Positions 29,680 to 43,235 of a stretch of 64,000 nt of DNA are shown here, in pieces. How positions within the stretch are numbered: position 1 is the stretch's first letter; each line of letters opens with the position of its first letter. This DNA is from an uncultured Spirochaetota bacterium. Lineage in GTDB: Bacteria; Spirochaetota; Spirochaetia; SZUA-6; CAVTHK01. Under the pieces are notes generated by a model. It did no database searches, was not told the origin of the DNA, and was given only the letters and a program-made list of their open reading frames with translations. The stretch spans positions 360,062 to 424,061 of the forward strand of contig CAVTHK010000009.1 of the NCBI GenBank assembly GCA_963734495.1, read 5' to 3'. The translations under genes and the position numbers were made by a program.

Positions 29680-30854
29680 ATGGCTGATTTTCTGGCTAGA
29701 AGCCAGGAATCTTTTCGACTACAGCCAGGCCATGCGGCGAGATTTGCACCGCCATCCGGAACTGGGTTTCCAGGAAATTCGCACGGCTGGAATCATCGCG
29801 CGCGAGCTGAAGGAATTGGGCCTGGAAGTGACCACCGGGGTGGCAGAAACAGGGGTGGTGGCTATATTGGAAGGGGATGCCACCGGTCCCACCCTTTTAC
29901 TCCGTTTTGATATGGATGCCCTGCCGGTTCAGGAAGAAACCGGGAAAGATTATGCTTCTACCGAAGCAGGACGGATGCACGCCTGTGGTCATGACGGTCA
30001 TGTAGCCGTTGGCTTGACAGCAGCACGCCTGCTAAATGCGCAGCGCAGAGGACTTCACGGGCGGGTCAAGCTGGTATTTCAACCGGCGGAGGAAGGTCTG
30101 GGCGGTGCGGAAAGAATGATCGCGGCCGGTGTTTTGACAGAATCCCACCCCGGTGCATACCCTGGCACTGCACATCTGGAATGACCTGCCGATCGGAACG
30201 ATCGCGATTGTCCCCGGTCCCTTTATGGCAGGATGCGAGAGATTTGTAATCAAGCTGACCGGACGCGGTGGGCATGGCGCTCTGCCCCACCAGACGATCG
30301 ATCCGGTTGCAGCCGCGGCCCAGGTCATCAGCGCCCTGCAGACGGTGGTATCGCGTAATGTATCTCCACTGCAGGCGCAGTGATCAGCGTTACCCAGGTC
30401 AAGGCCGGTGAAGCACACAATGTCATCCCTCAAACCGCGGAACTGCCGGAACGATTCGCACTTTCGAACCGGAAGTGCGCGAAACTGGTGCTCAAACGCT
30501 TTCGCCAGGTGGTGATGGGAGTGTCAGACGCGATGGGCTGCCAGGTCGAAATTCGACTTGCGCCGGCTGACCCCGCCGGTGATCAACGACCCGCAGTTTG
30601 CGCGACAGCTGGGGGAAAACGTGCGCCAGGCACTGCCTGAGATCCGGCTGGATACCACCTTCCGGACCATGGTTTCGGAAGATATGGCATTTATGATGGA
30701 ACAGGTGCCGGGCTGTTACATGCTGGTGGGTGGCGCCAACCCGGCGCGACCAGTCTGGATTTTCCCCATCATCATCCGAAATTTGATTTTGATGAACAGG
30801 CCCTGATCTGGGCTTCGGCGTTGATGGCGATCCTGACTGCTGAAATCTTGACTG
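29680..30854 (+). CDS. M20 family amidohydrolase, frameshifted
   Basis: LHRHPELG, RFDMDALP, MHACGHDGH, FQPAEE, GRGGHGA.PH, SED. Confidence 0.9.
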
Positions 30855-31005
30855 AATATTGTTTTAGAGGCCGTGAAGGTGATGGGGTATCCCCCGGCTT
30901 TATTCCGTTCTTGGAGAATTCACAAAATTGACAGACCCGCTGGAAAGTGATATACTCTTATTATCCGAATAATCTGATTAATAGTATTTATTCAGTCGGT
31001 CAGCC

Positions 31006-31704
31006 ATGCAAATCAAACATCTTCCCGACCAACTCTCCAACTTCTTACGCTTTCTCGCCACGCAATTCCTGTGACAGCGAGCGGGTGCCGCCGTTGACCG
31101 AGCTCTCGCCAGACGTTAGGCGTCAGCGTCGCCAGCCTGCGGGAGCAGCTGGAGGTGGCCCGGGCGCTCGGCTGGGTGGAGGTGACGTCCAAAAACAGGA
31201 ATTCGCCGGCTGCCATTTTCTTTCCGACCGGCGGTTGAACAAGGCCTGGCTTACGCGATCGCGGTCGATCCGAAGTATTTCACCCTGTATTCCGATTTTC
31301 GCCGGCATGTCGAGACCGCTTATTGGTTCGATGCCGTGGTCTTATTAGAAGAAATTGACCGGCAGGAATTGAAGACTCTGGTGGCTCGCGCACTGCAAAA
31401 GCTGCAGCGAACACCGGTTCAAATTCCACACCAGGAACACCGCGATCTTCACCTGATCATTTACCGCCGGCTGGATAATCCCTTTGTGATGGGCGTCATG
31501 GAAGCCTACTGGGATTTATACGAAGCCGTCGGGCTGGATGTGTACACTGACCTGGATTACCTGCAGCGGGTGTGGGCCTATCACGAGAAAATGGTCAATG
31601 AAATTTGTGAAGGCAGCTATGAAGCCGGATACCAGTCTCTGATTGAGCATATGGATTTATTGAACCAGCGATCCAGGATTTCGCAAACGCAATTATTTGA
31701 ATAA
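31006..31704 (+). CDS. GntR/FadR-like regulator (FCD domain), frameshifted
   Basis: LGVSVASLREQLEVARALG HTH; EHRDLHL.IY. Confidence 0.7.
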
Positions 31705-31745
31705 GCCTCAACATCTTTCGTAAACGCTACTGCAAAGGAGTATCT

Positions 31746-33605
31746 ATGTTTCCTTCCAATGCCACCCTTTCATTGGGCGAAGAAGTAAGCCAGGATCGCA
31801 GTCGTCAACGATTTTGTGCTCACCTGCAGTACGATCAACGGCTCAGGCAGCGCCACAGCCAATACGACCTTGCTGCGAGCCCTTTTTCGCATGGGCATCC
31901 CGGTCTCGGGAAAAAACATCTTCCCATCCAATATCCAGGGGCTGCCTACCTGGTATTCCATCCGGCTGAGTAAAGATGGTTATCTGGCTCGCAAGGAAAA
32001 AGATGACATCGTGGTCGCGATGAACCCTGCCACGTTCCTCAAAGAACAGGAGTATCCTGGTTCCAGGCGGGGTATTGTTCTACGCAGACGATCTCAAAGG
32101 GACGATCACGCGCGAAGATATTATTACTTATCCGATGCCGGTCAAACGACTGGTGAAAGAAGCGGATGCCCCCGCCAAATCTGCGCGATTACCTGGCCAA
32201 TATGGTGTATGTGGGGGTGGTATCGCCAAATGATTGGGGTGAAGCTGGAGACGATTTACGAGGCTTTGGATTTCCACTTCAAGGGAAAGAAGAAAGCGAT
32301 CGATTCCAACTTTGGCGTGGTCAAAGCCGCCGCGGATTGGGCAGCCGCCAACCTGGTGAAGAAAGATCCTTACTGGGCCGAACCGATGCACGGCACCGAA
32401 GGCTTTATCATGGCGGATGGCAACACTGCCGGGGCCTTGGGCGCGATTTATGGCGGCGTGCAATTTGCTGCCTGGTATCCGATCACGCCCGCCTCCAGCC
32501 TGGCGGAATCGCTGCATGAGTATATCTCCGATCTGCGCACAGGATCCTCAAACCGGCAAAGAGACCTACGCGATCGTCCAGGCCGAAGATGAGCTGGCCG
32601 CGGTCGGTATGGCGGTGGGCGCGGGTTGGAGCGGGCTGCGCTCGATGACCTCCACTTCCGGGCCGGGGATCAGCCTGATGTCGGAATACCTGGGCCTGGC
32701 TTATTTTGCCGAGGTACCGGTGGTGGTCTGGGATGTGCAGCGGGTTGGGCCAAGCACCGGCCTGCCGACCCGCACATCGCAGGGCGACCTGACCCAGGCC
32801 TATTTCCAGAGCCATGGCGACATTAATTTCATCATTCTGCTGCCGGGTTCGGTAACGAATGTTTTGAATTCGGCTGGAAAGCACTTGACATTGCGGAGCG
32901 TTACCAGACCCCGGTGATGGTATTGAGCGATCTGGATCTGGGGATGAACCAGTGGATGACGCAGAAAGTTTGAATATCCGGACACACCGATCGATCGCGG
33001 AAAAATTCTTTGGGAAGAAGATCTGGAAAAACTGCTCGCGGAGCGAAATGGCGATTGGGGCCGTTACCTGGATATCGATGGCGACGGCATTCCTTACCGC
33101 ACCGTGCCGGGGAACCAGCATCCACGCAGCGCTTATTTCACCCGCGGCACCGGACACGATGAATACGCACGCTACACCGAAGAACCTGATGTCTGGGAGA
33201 AATTCTTAACCCGGCTGGCAAAGAAAGTGACCCTGTTCGAAGAATGCTCTACCCAAACCGGTAATCCAACGCATGGACGGGGCCAAGTTTGGGATTATCT
33301 CGATGGGATCGGCGGATCCCGCGGTCGTCGAAGCGCGCGACCAGCTGAAAGCCCAGGGCATTCCGACCGATTACATGCGGATGCGGGCGATCCCCTTCTC
33401 GGACGAGGTGGTCGATTTCATTCGCGCACACGACCAGTCTTATGTGGTCGAACTCAATCGCGATGGACAGCTGCGCCAACTGCTGACGCTTGAGACGCCT
33501 GAACTGGCTACCCGCCTGCGCAAGGCATCCCACCTGGATGGATTGGCCCTTTCTGCAAAATGGGTCCGGGAATGCATCCTGGCCCAGGAGGTAAAGGAAA
33601 AATGA
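31746..33605 (+). CDS. 2-oxoacid:acceptor oxidoreductase alpha subunit, frameshifted
   Basis: NGSGS, FPSNIQG, WYPITP, QAEDE, TSGPG, QRVGPSTGLPT. Confidence 0.9.
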
Positions 33606-34669
33606 CCGCACCTACCACAGTAACCCCAGAACGACCAGCCGGGACCAACCTGGCTGGATTGACCCGCACCGATTACCGCGGCGCGCAATCGACGCTGTGC
33701 GCTGGCTGCGGGCATAATTCGATCGCCAGCCAGATCGTCGCGGCCTGTTACGAGATTGACCTGTGTCCCCGAAAAAGTGGTGAAATTCAGCGGGATTGGC
33801 TGCACCAGCAAGAGCCCGACCTATTTCCTGAGCCGTTCCTTCGGCTTCAACGGCCTGCATGGACGGATGCCTTCTCTGGCGCTGGGCGCGATGTTCGGCG
33901 ACCACACCATGCGCGGGATCGGCATCAGCGGCGATGGCGATACCGCCAGCATTGGCATGGGGCAGTTCAAGCACCTGGTCCGACGCAACCTGCCGATGGT
34001 TTATATCGTCGAGAACAACGGCGTGTACGGCCTGACCAAAGGCCAGTTTTCGGCCACGGCTGAACGCGGTTGCGCTGAAGAAACAAGGCACCAATCCTTA
34101 CCTGCCGGTCGATATCTGTATGGAAGCGCTGGCTGCCAATGCGACCTTTGTGGCGCGCTCCTTCGCCGGCGATCCCAAACAGGTCAAAGAGCTGATCAAG
34201 GCGGCCTTCAGCCACAAGGGGATCGCCGTGTTGGATATCATCAGCCCCTGCGTGACTTTCCACAACCAGGATGATTCGATCCACTCCTATGCTTTTGGCA
34301 AGGATCACGAAGCGCCGCTGCATGAGATTTCCTTTGTTCCCGCGCGGGATGAAATCACTGATCGAGGATTATGAAGAAGGCACCCAGCGCGAAGTGGAGC
34401 TGCACGACGGTTCGACGATCGTTTTGAAGAAATTGGAAAAAGACTACGATCCGACCAAGCGCTCGGAAGCCTACCGCGTGCTGGAAGAGGCCCAGGCAGA
34501 AAACTGGCTGGTAACCGGGCTCATTTATATCGCCCCCCAGGTGCCCTCCATTTTCGAAGCGTATAATCTTCCCGACAAACCGCTCAACCGGCTGACTGAA
34601 GATGAGATCCGGCCTTCGAAAGAAAGCCTGGATGAGCTCAACAAGATGTTTCGTAAAAGCAGCGTATAG
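33602..34669 (+). CDS. 2-oxoacid:ferredoxin oxidoreductase beta subunit, frameshifted
   Basis: LCAGCGH, SGIGC, HGR, GDGD, NNGVYGLTKGQ, SPCVTF. Confidence 0.9.
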
Positions 34670-34758
34670 GCGTGGACAACGAAGAACTGTGTGGGTATGT
34701 CTTTGCCATCCGACGCAGTCTCAAAAAATATCCTCTAATCATTATTCTGTACCAGTGG

Positions 34759-35606
34759 CTATCGGACGATGGGGTCGCGGATCCAATCACTCCACGAACC
34801 GACATACAATCGTGCCCCGGGTAGCCCCGCGATTGGAGCGCGATCAGATGGTGGCAGGAGGTGACCCCCGAACCGCAGTAGACGATGGCGTTCGCGGCAA
34901 GTGGTCGCCCAGGATGTCGCTCGAATTCCTGGCGCAGCTGCTCCGGAGGATTTAAAAACTCCATGGTCGGCGGTGAGGTTCATCCCGTGGAAGCGATTGA
35001 GTGCGCCGGGAATGTGCCCGGCGATCGGATCGATCGGTTCTTGAATTCCCTGAAATCGTTCAGGAGCGCGGGCATCGATCAAGAAGGTGAGTGGGATCAC
35101 TGCAAAATGGCCTTCACCTCCGTTGCGGTGACGAACATCTTCCGGATCAAAGCGGGGCGGATAGAGAAAGCTGGTCGGGACAGGCACTTCTTCACCGGTG
35201 CGCGATGGCCGGTTTTCGGCTATCCACTTCGCATAGCCACCATCCAGCAACCGGACCCCTGGATGCCCGATCGCATGCAGCATCCACCATAGACGCCCGG
35301 CGATACCCACCGCCCACCGTGTCGTAAACGACGACCCGGGTTAGGGGGTGATTCCCCAATGCGCCAGGGTTTCTGAAAAGCGGATAGCATCCGGCAGCGG
35401 ATGGCGTCCAGTGTGTGGGGTGCCGGAGACAGCCAGATCGTGGTTCAGATCGACATGAAATGGCGCCAGGAATATGTCCTTCCAGGTAGTTCAGTCTGCC
35501 CCAGGCCGGGTCGGACAGGCTGAAACCGGCAGTCAAAAACCAACACATCCGGTTGGTAGAGGATTTCGGCGAGTTCTTGGGTGGTGATCAAAGGGGATTG
35601 GGTCAT
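34759..35606 (-). CDS. Sulfurtransferase (SseA/rhodanese), frameshifted
   Basis: GHIPGA twice, LDGG...W, DARAPERF.G, VYCGSGVTSC, LYVGSWSDW. Confidence 0.88.
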
Positions 35607-35620
35607 GGGAAATCCTTTTT

Positions 35621-37079
35621 TTATACCTTCACCGATCGTATGCAGTAAGGCGAAATTTGGCTGGCGCAGTGCGCCAACGGGGTAACCGGTTACCACCACG
35701 ACCTGCTGTCCGGCTTCGATCGGCGTGGATGATAGAATTGCATTTTCGACGATCGAGATCATCCCTTCAACGGAATTAGCAAACGGGACCAGAAACGGGC
35801 AGACCCCCCAAATCAATCCCAGGCGGCGATAGGTAGATACTTCCGGCGTAAATGCCAGAATGGGAACCTGCGGCCTGGTTTTAGACATCAGCAGGGCCGA
35901 TTTACCACTTTGGGTGAAGACCGCGACTGCCGCGACGTTGCGGTCGTGAGCCAGCTCGCGAGCAGCGCGCGTGGTCGAAATGGCATCGTCACGGGTGGGT
36001 TCATCCGGGATGGCACTGGGCACTGCCCCATGCGGAATAATGATCCTCCGCTTCGCGCACAATCGCATCCATCATCTGGATACTTTCCAGTGGATATTCT
36101 CCGCTGGCAGTCTCTCCGGAAAGCATGACTGCATCTGTGCCATCGAATATCGCGTTCGCCACATCGGATGCTTCAGCCCGGGTGGGACGCGGATTGTGGA
36201 TCATCGAATCCAGCATCTGGGTGGCAGTGATCACGATCTTCGTATGACGGTTGGCTGCCTGGATGATCTCTTTTTGCAGAATGGGCACGCGCGCCGCGCT
36301 GGTTTCCACTCCCAGGTCGCCGCGTGCAACCATGACCCCGTCGGCAGCGTGGATGATTTCATGCAGGTTTTCGATAGCCTCGGGCAGCTCCAGCTTGGCG
36401 ATGATGGGCGTGTTCGCTTTCTTTGGATTCAGTTTCTTGATGGTTTCGCGCACGTTTTCAACATCTTGCGCAGTGCGGACAAAAGAAATTGCCAGAGCAT
36501 CAATGTCTTGCTCCAGACCGAAGGCCAGATCCTCGTTGTCTTTCACTGTGAAACCCGGGATATCCAGTCGGGCGCCGGGAAAATTGACCCCTTTATGTGA
36601 GCTGAGGATCCCGCCCAGGATGACTTTAGCCTGGATGGCGCCGTGGTCGATCGCCTGAATTTCAAGTTCCAGGTTGCCATCGTCCAGCAAAATGCGCTTA
36701 CCCGGCGACAGGCTGTGGGTCAGATCAGGGATGTCGATCGGTATATCGAGTGACCCCTGCGATTGGAGGCAATATTCCGACGGGATTATAAATTGGCGTC
36801 AGGCGGATGATCTGACCGGCGGTAAGGTGGATGCCTTCGTCAGGCAGCCAACCGACGCGCAATTTGGGTCCCTGTAAATCTTGCAGGATGGTGATCGGGC
36901 GGTTAAGTTCCTGAGAGAGCTGGCGAAGCGATATTATCCTCTGGGCATGTTCTTCATGAGTGCCATGAGAGAAGTTCAACCGGGCGACATCCAGGCCCGC
37001 TAGGATCATCTTACGCAGCATCGACTTCTTCTTTACTGCTTGGGCCAATTGTGGCGACAATTTTTGCTCTTCGATCCAT
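35621..37079 (-). CDS. pyk: Pyruvate kinase, frameshifted
   Basis: [40 protein letters not shown]. Confidence 0.95.
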
Positions 37080-37091
37080 CTGGTTCTCCGA

Positions 37092-38296
37092 TTAATTCAT
37101 TAACAAGACTTCACGGATCGCCGGCAGCGCCCAGTCGATAGTCTCCTGATCGATGATCAGCGGTGGGGCAAATCGGATGGTGTTAAGATGGGTTTCTTTC
37201 GCCAGGATACCGCGATCACGAAGTGCTTCACAAAAACGGCGGGCGCCGCGTGCTTCGGGTTTTAACTCAACGCCGATCAATAATCCTTTGCCGCGAACTT
37301 CTTTGACGTGGGGGCTGGGAATTTCGGCCAGCTGGTCCTGTAGATATTCACCCATCCTGGCGGCGTTTTCGACCATATTTTCCTCGACGATTACGCGCAG
37401 CGCAGCGCGGGCGATGGCGGCCGCCAGGGGATTCCCGCCGAAGGTCGAACCGTGATCGCCGGGAACGAACAGGTCCATCAATCGGGCATCGGTCAGAATT
37501 GCAGAAATCGGGTAGAAACCACCCGATAAGGCTTTTCCGATCACCATGATATCCGGGTGAACCTGCTCGAAATCGCAGGCAAACATTTTTCCGGTCCGGC
37601 CCAGACCCGTTTGAATTTCATCGGCGATCAACAGGATATTATGCGCTTTGCAGATGGCGCTGACCTGTTTTAGATAACCATCTGGGGGCATGACAACCCC
37701 GACTTCACCCTGGATTGGCTCAATCAGTACCGCCGCCGTATTGGGGATTAATCGCTTTTTCAATGGCCTTCGCGTCTCCAAACGGCACGGGGACAAATCC
37801 GGGGGTGAACGGTCCAAACTCATCGCGATAGCGCGGTTCGGTGGAAATAGAAATCATGGTGATGGTGCGGCCATGGAAATTGCCCTCGGCGGTGATCACT
37901 TCAGCTTGATGGTGCGGAATGCCTTTAACTGTATAGCCCCATTTGCGGGCCAGTTTAATTGCGATCTCAACAGCCTCCGCGCCGCTGTTCATGGGTAATG
38001 ATTTTTCATAGCCGGTGAGGTTTGCCAGTTCCTGATAGAAAAGAGAGAGCTGCTTTACTCCGAAATGCCCGAGAGGTCAGGGTGACTTTTGAGGCCTGTT
38101 CGATCAACGCCTGTAAGATCTTAGGGTGGACATGCCCTTGGTTAAGGGCCGAATACGCGCTTAAGCAGTCCAGGTAACGGTTTCCTTCGACATCTGTGAC
38201 CCAAACACCTTCGGCATGGTCAATGACTACATCTAACGGATGGTAAATATTCGCTCCATATTTCTCTTCAAGTTCGACATACTCTCGGCTGTTCAT
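37092..38296 (-). CDS. rocD: Ornithine aminotransferase, frameshifted
   Basis: [43 protein letters not shown]. Confidence 0.9.
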
Positions 38297-38308
38297 AGGT
38301 TCCTCGAT

Positions 38309-39233
38309 TTAGTCTGCAAGTAGCTTAACTAGAATGGCTTTTTGGGCATGCAAGCGATTGTGAGCTTGCGGAAAGATAACCGAATGCGGGCCATCAGCAA
38401 CTTCATCGGTCAGCTCGTGATTGCGATGAGCTGGCAGGCAGTGCATGACGATGACGTCGGGGCGGGCTTCGGCGACCAAAGCTGCATTCACCTGGTAAGG
38501 CGGGAAGACCAGCTCGCGTTTCTTGGTTTCCGCTTCCTGTCCCATACTGGTCCAGGTATCGGTGTAAATGACATCTGCACCCCGCACGGCTATGTGCGGA
38601 TCCCGCAAATGGGTCACTTTGCTGCCACTTTCCGCGGCGAACTTCTTGCCAACCTCGACGGCCTGCGGGTTCATATCATACCCTTCGGGGCAGGCGATGG
38701 TGAAGTTTGCGCCCAGTTTGGCGCAGATATGCAGCAAAGAAACGGCGACATTGTTGCCATCGCCAACGTAGGTTACATTCAAACCTTTCAACTGGCCAAA
38801 TTTCTCGATGATGGTGAGGGCATCGGCCATTCCCTGGCAGGGATGGTTGTAATCGCTCAGGCCGTTGACCACCGGGATCGATGACCATTTGGCCAGTTCG
38901 AGGACATGGGCATGTTCGAAAACGCGCGCCATGATGTGCATCGACATAGCCGGAAAGAACCCGAGCTACATCTGCAATCGACTCGCGCTGCCCCAGTCCG
39001 ATTTCATTAGGAGAAAGATATAAGGCATCGCCGCCCAGGTGACGCATGGCCATATCGAAACTGACCCGGGTGCGCAGGCTGGGTTTCTGAAAAATCATCC
39101 CCAAGACTTTGCCCTTGAATAGAGGAGGGTTATCGCCTTTAAAATGACGGGTTTTTAATTCGATAGCCAGATTTAATAATTCCTGTAATTCCGCGGCGGA
39201 ATAATCCGAGATGGCAATGAAATCTTTTTTCAT
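38309..39233 (-). CDS. argF: Ornithine carbamoyltransferase, frameshifted
   Basis: [24 protein letters not shown]. Confidence 0.93.
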
Positions 39234-39349
39234 TGTGAAACCTTTCAAATGAAGAGAGATGGTATCAACAATAAAAGTATAACATAGGCAAATAAACAGC
39301 CTCTACAGGAAATGGGATGAAGATCGCCGTAGGATGTCATTGGTTATAT

Positions 39350-39397
39350 AAATACATAGATATTCCGGCTCACAAGAGCCGGAATATCTATGTATTT
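39350..39397. terminator. Perfect 22-bp hairpin, likely terminator of the LysM gene
   Basis: AAATACATAGATATTCCGGCTC-acaa-GAGCCGGAATATCTATGTATTT. Confidence 0.75.
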
Positions 39398-39431
39398 TAT
39401 TCTACCCTGAAGGATAGAAGGTGCGAATTGG

Positions 39432-40356
39432 CTAATTGATGATGTATATGGTGTGAGAGGTAACCTGGGTTATGTCCTTCAAGCCGGTAGTTACCACTTT
39501 GACAACCCAATATTCGCCCACCGCCGCGCCAGAGGGAATGGTGATTGTTTGACTGGAGGCGCCGCTCTGCGTTTGTGGTGCCATCATAGACGACACTGAA
39601 GTCCTGTCCCTGTTCACCGAGGCGATAGTCGATCTCTGTATTGGCGGGGAAACCACTGACCGATACGGTTACAGACCCCCCAACAGCGGCCTGGGTGGCG
39701 GAAACGCTTACCCGGGCGTAGTAGCTAGTGTATGTTGTGGTAGAGGTATCGGAGATGTAAATCGTGTGGGAATTAACCGCGGTCACGTTCGCCAGGCTGG
39801 TGGTGATCACCTGGACTACCCAATACTCACCATTGGCCGCATCGGATGGGATGGTGATCGTCTGGTTGGTGGAACCATCCGAACCGACGGTCCCGTCGTA
39901 GACGACGCTGAAATCTTCTCCCGACTGGCCAACCCGGTAGTCAATTTCCGAATTCGCCGGGAATCCGGCGACATAAACGGTCACGGTACCTCCGACCGGG
40001 GCACGAGTTGTAGATAGCGTGACACGTGCAGACCCGTTGTAGGTGGTGTACCCGGGGTAGTAGTAATTGTTGTAAACAGGTGCGGAAGGCACAGGTGCGT
40101 TACCGGTCATGCGGAGTACCTGACCGGTGTAGATAAGGTTTGGATTGACGATCTGCGGGTTGAGCGCGAGGATTTCGGCGACTGTTGTCCCACAATACCT
40201 GGCAATCTTGGCCAGCCAATCCAGGGGCTCAACAGTGTAAGTATCACCACAGGTCCCTGATGCCAGTGCGGATGCAGAAGGTGCAGCCGCGACTGGAGTG
40301 AATAACTGACCGGCGACAAGAATAGCTGCCACCAGCGCAAATAAAACTGTTTTCAT
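39432..40356 (-). CDS. Secreted LysM protein with two tandem Ig-like repeats, frameshifted
   Basis: Signal peptide; YTV...DWLAKIA...LNPQIVNPNLIYTGQ; duplicated GFPAN.EIDYR.G..G.DFSVVYDGT...EYWVV...SHTIYI. Confidence 0.85.
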
Positions 40357-40516
40357 TGGTTCCTCCGAGAACAAAAAAGGTGAATGCGATTTCGATCTAC
40401 AAATAATAGTTTAAATGAACTGCCAATAAGAAATTACCAGATCCGTATCTATATTATATTGGCGTACCTTAAATATTCTATCCACAATTTGTTAATTTCT
40501 TGCATAGATATTTCAT

Positions 40517-41291
40517 TTAATGGTCGGTGTAGCGAGAATTATCGATCAATTCTTTCAAGCGATCGTCTTCCGTCTTGGTGGCGATGGTTGGGCCAGCCTG
40601 AACCAGCTGCAATTCGGCTGCTTCGGCGGCAGTTAATTCTGCTGGAGATAAACGTCGGATCAGGCCCCATTTACCACAGTACACGCAGCGGTCAAATTTT
40701 GTGCGTAGTCCAGCATTTATGGCCCACCAATGCAAACTGAACGGACGGTGGCAGTGCGGACAGACGCCGCCGCCCGCCATGCCGTAGGCTCGGGAAGCGC
40801 CCATGGGGAGCGAATTGGCCGGCTTATTTCTTCTGGAAGAACATTTGCACACCAATGACGATGGCCATCACCAAAAGGATCCCGCCCAGTAGGGGTACGA
40901 TAAATGAGACCATGAAACTGGATTCCTGCTCTGCAGATGCAAATTCGTACCGGCGTGAAGCAGTGGTCATTTTATTGCCATCCAGGGTTTCAACCACCGC
41001 ACTAAGGTCATGCCACCCGAGGGCATATGTAGAAGTCTGAAAAGTTAAACTGAATGGGGCAGTTGAAACTGAAGATATTACCTGCCCATCGATCAGGTAG
41101 GTGACTGATTTAATATTTCCGGGACCAATAATATCCAGGTTAAAACTTCCCCGGATCTGGCTGCCGGAGCTGAAGCCAAAATTTCGGTGGACATTCAGGC
41201 GATAATCTTCTTGCTGGGCCTGAACCGAGAAAATGGTGCAGATCAGCAAGAACAATGTGATTAATATTGAGACCTTTACTTTGTGCGACAT
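40517..41291 (-). CDS. Membrane protein: Ig-like domain, TM helix, Zn-ribbon; frameshifted
   Basis: Signal peptide, V.YLIDG...APF...GWH.L; CPHC...CVYC. Confidence 0.6.
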
Positions 41292-41313
41292 AGATCCCTC
41301 CAACCTCATTCCC

Positions 41314-42112
41314 TTACTTCCAACGGGTCAGGATAGTCTCTCTTTGGAAGAGGGAGACACCCAGGTACAATGAACCGATATCCAAGAAAAGCAGGACAAC
41401 AATTGAAATCAGGATCAGTTGCAGATTGATCAGGACCAACCCTGCGATCTGGCCAAACATAACTGCCAGCAGCGGGACGATCAGCACGGCCGAAATTTGC
41501 TCCGCGACCCGCGGGTCGTTCACCCGCGAGGAAACAATCACCGCAAAGTTGACCGCCACAATTGCCATCAAAGGTCCAATTACCAGGATCGCGAGCAGCC
41601 AGGTGGGACCGAGAATACTGGCCTGAACCGCAGCACCGGCCCCGACCAGCGGCATTAGCGAGCAGGAATATGCCGAAACAACCATACGTTGCCAGGATAG
41701 CCGGGATAACAGCAGCCAGGATTTTGCCAGCCAGCAGTTCAGCGGTGGTGATCGGGGTTGCCAGCAGGGGCTCCAGGCTGTGGGTTGCCTTTTCTCCAAC
41801 AATGCTGTACGCCGCGATGGTAATGGGAATCATCAGTGGCATAATCATGTATAACAGGAGAAACTGGTTGACCATATAGATCTGAAGGCAGTCTTGCGAC
41901 GAAATTGGACCGCATAAAGCGGCAAATTGGGCTGGCATATCCGACAGATCTCCCCCGGACCCACCAGTACCTGTTGAGCGGGTGAGGTAGAGGATTACCA
42001 GGGGCATTAAGGTAAACAGCAGCGGCAGCAGGGTGATGGTAAACAAAACCATCCGGTTTTTGAAAACTTCAGCCCATTCTTTTTCGACTATTGTGCGTAT
42101 TCGTTCGACCAT
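41314..42112 (-). CDS. ABC-2 type permease, frameshifted
   Basis: SIVGEK...LEPLLATPI...ELL.GK; multiple TM segments. Confidence 0.85.
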
Positions 42113-42137
42113 GATGGCATTCCGATCCTTTACCGAT

Positions 42138-43065
42138 TTATGAATGGATCATTTCCAGGTAGATATCTTCCAGGCTGTGGCGCAGCTCACCCACGAATTG
42201 AATATCCGCGCCCAACTCGACCAGGCGGCGGATGATCGCCGGGTTTTGTGCTTCCGGGATTTCCAATACCCACCACCAGGCGATTTTCATCCGGTTGAAT
42301 TTCACGTACACCGGGTATAGCGGCCAGAACCTGGACCCATAGGGGATCCAGCAAGCGCAGGTGAAAGACGACTTTGCGACCGAACAACTTCGTGCGCAGC
42401 CCCTGCGGGGTATCGACGGTGATCAAATGGGATTTGAAGATCGCAATCCGCTGGCACAGGCGGTCGGCTTCATCCAGGTTGTGCGTGCACAGAAAGATGG
42501 TGGTGCCTTCAGTTTTCAATTCTTCGATGAAATCACGTACCAGGTGGGCTGCTTCAGGGTCCAGACCGCTGGTGGGCTCATCCAGAAAGAGAACTTTGGG
42601 TTGATGGAGAAGGGAACGAGCAATGGCTAACTTCTGGCGCATCCCCTTTGAAAAACCGCCCACTTCATCCATGCGGCGATCCCACAAGCCCAGCAGCCGC
42701 AGGAATTTCTCTACCTGACCGTTGACATCTTTCACCCCGTAGAGGCGGCCAAAAATGCGCAGGTTCATCTCCGCACTTAACCGGTCGTACATACCGGGGG
42801 TCTCGGTCAAAATCCCCACAATTTGGCGGATCTGATTGTCTTGCTTACCAATCTGCATACCGTCGATTACCGCCAATCCAGATGTGGGGGCGATCAGACT
42901 GGTGAGCATACGGACCGTTGTCGTTTTTCCTGCGCCGTTAGGGCCCAGGAAACCGAATACCTCTCCTTCATCGATATCGATGGACAGGTCATTTACCGCA
43001 TTGACCGAGGTTTGGCCACGCCCTTTCGAAAACTGCTTGCATAGTTGCTCAGTATGAATCATCAT
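42138..43065 (-). CDS. ABC transporter ATP-binding protein
   Basis: GPNGAGKTT, FSKGMRQK, LDEPT. Confidence 0.93.
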
Positions 43066-43235
43066 AGCACGTCACCAAAGGTAGGTTTGAGGAAGGATAA
43101 ATTGAAATAATTAACCGATAAACAAAACGGTTTTAGAATTCATTGAAACTGATAGTTTGATTTTACATGAATTTGAGGAATTGAAAGGTCAAAAAAGGGT
43201 CGAAATCTGTCAAGAAACGGTCAATTAGTGGACTG

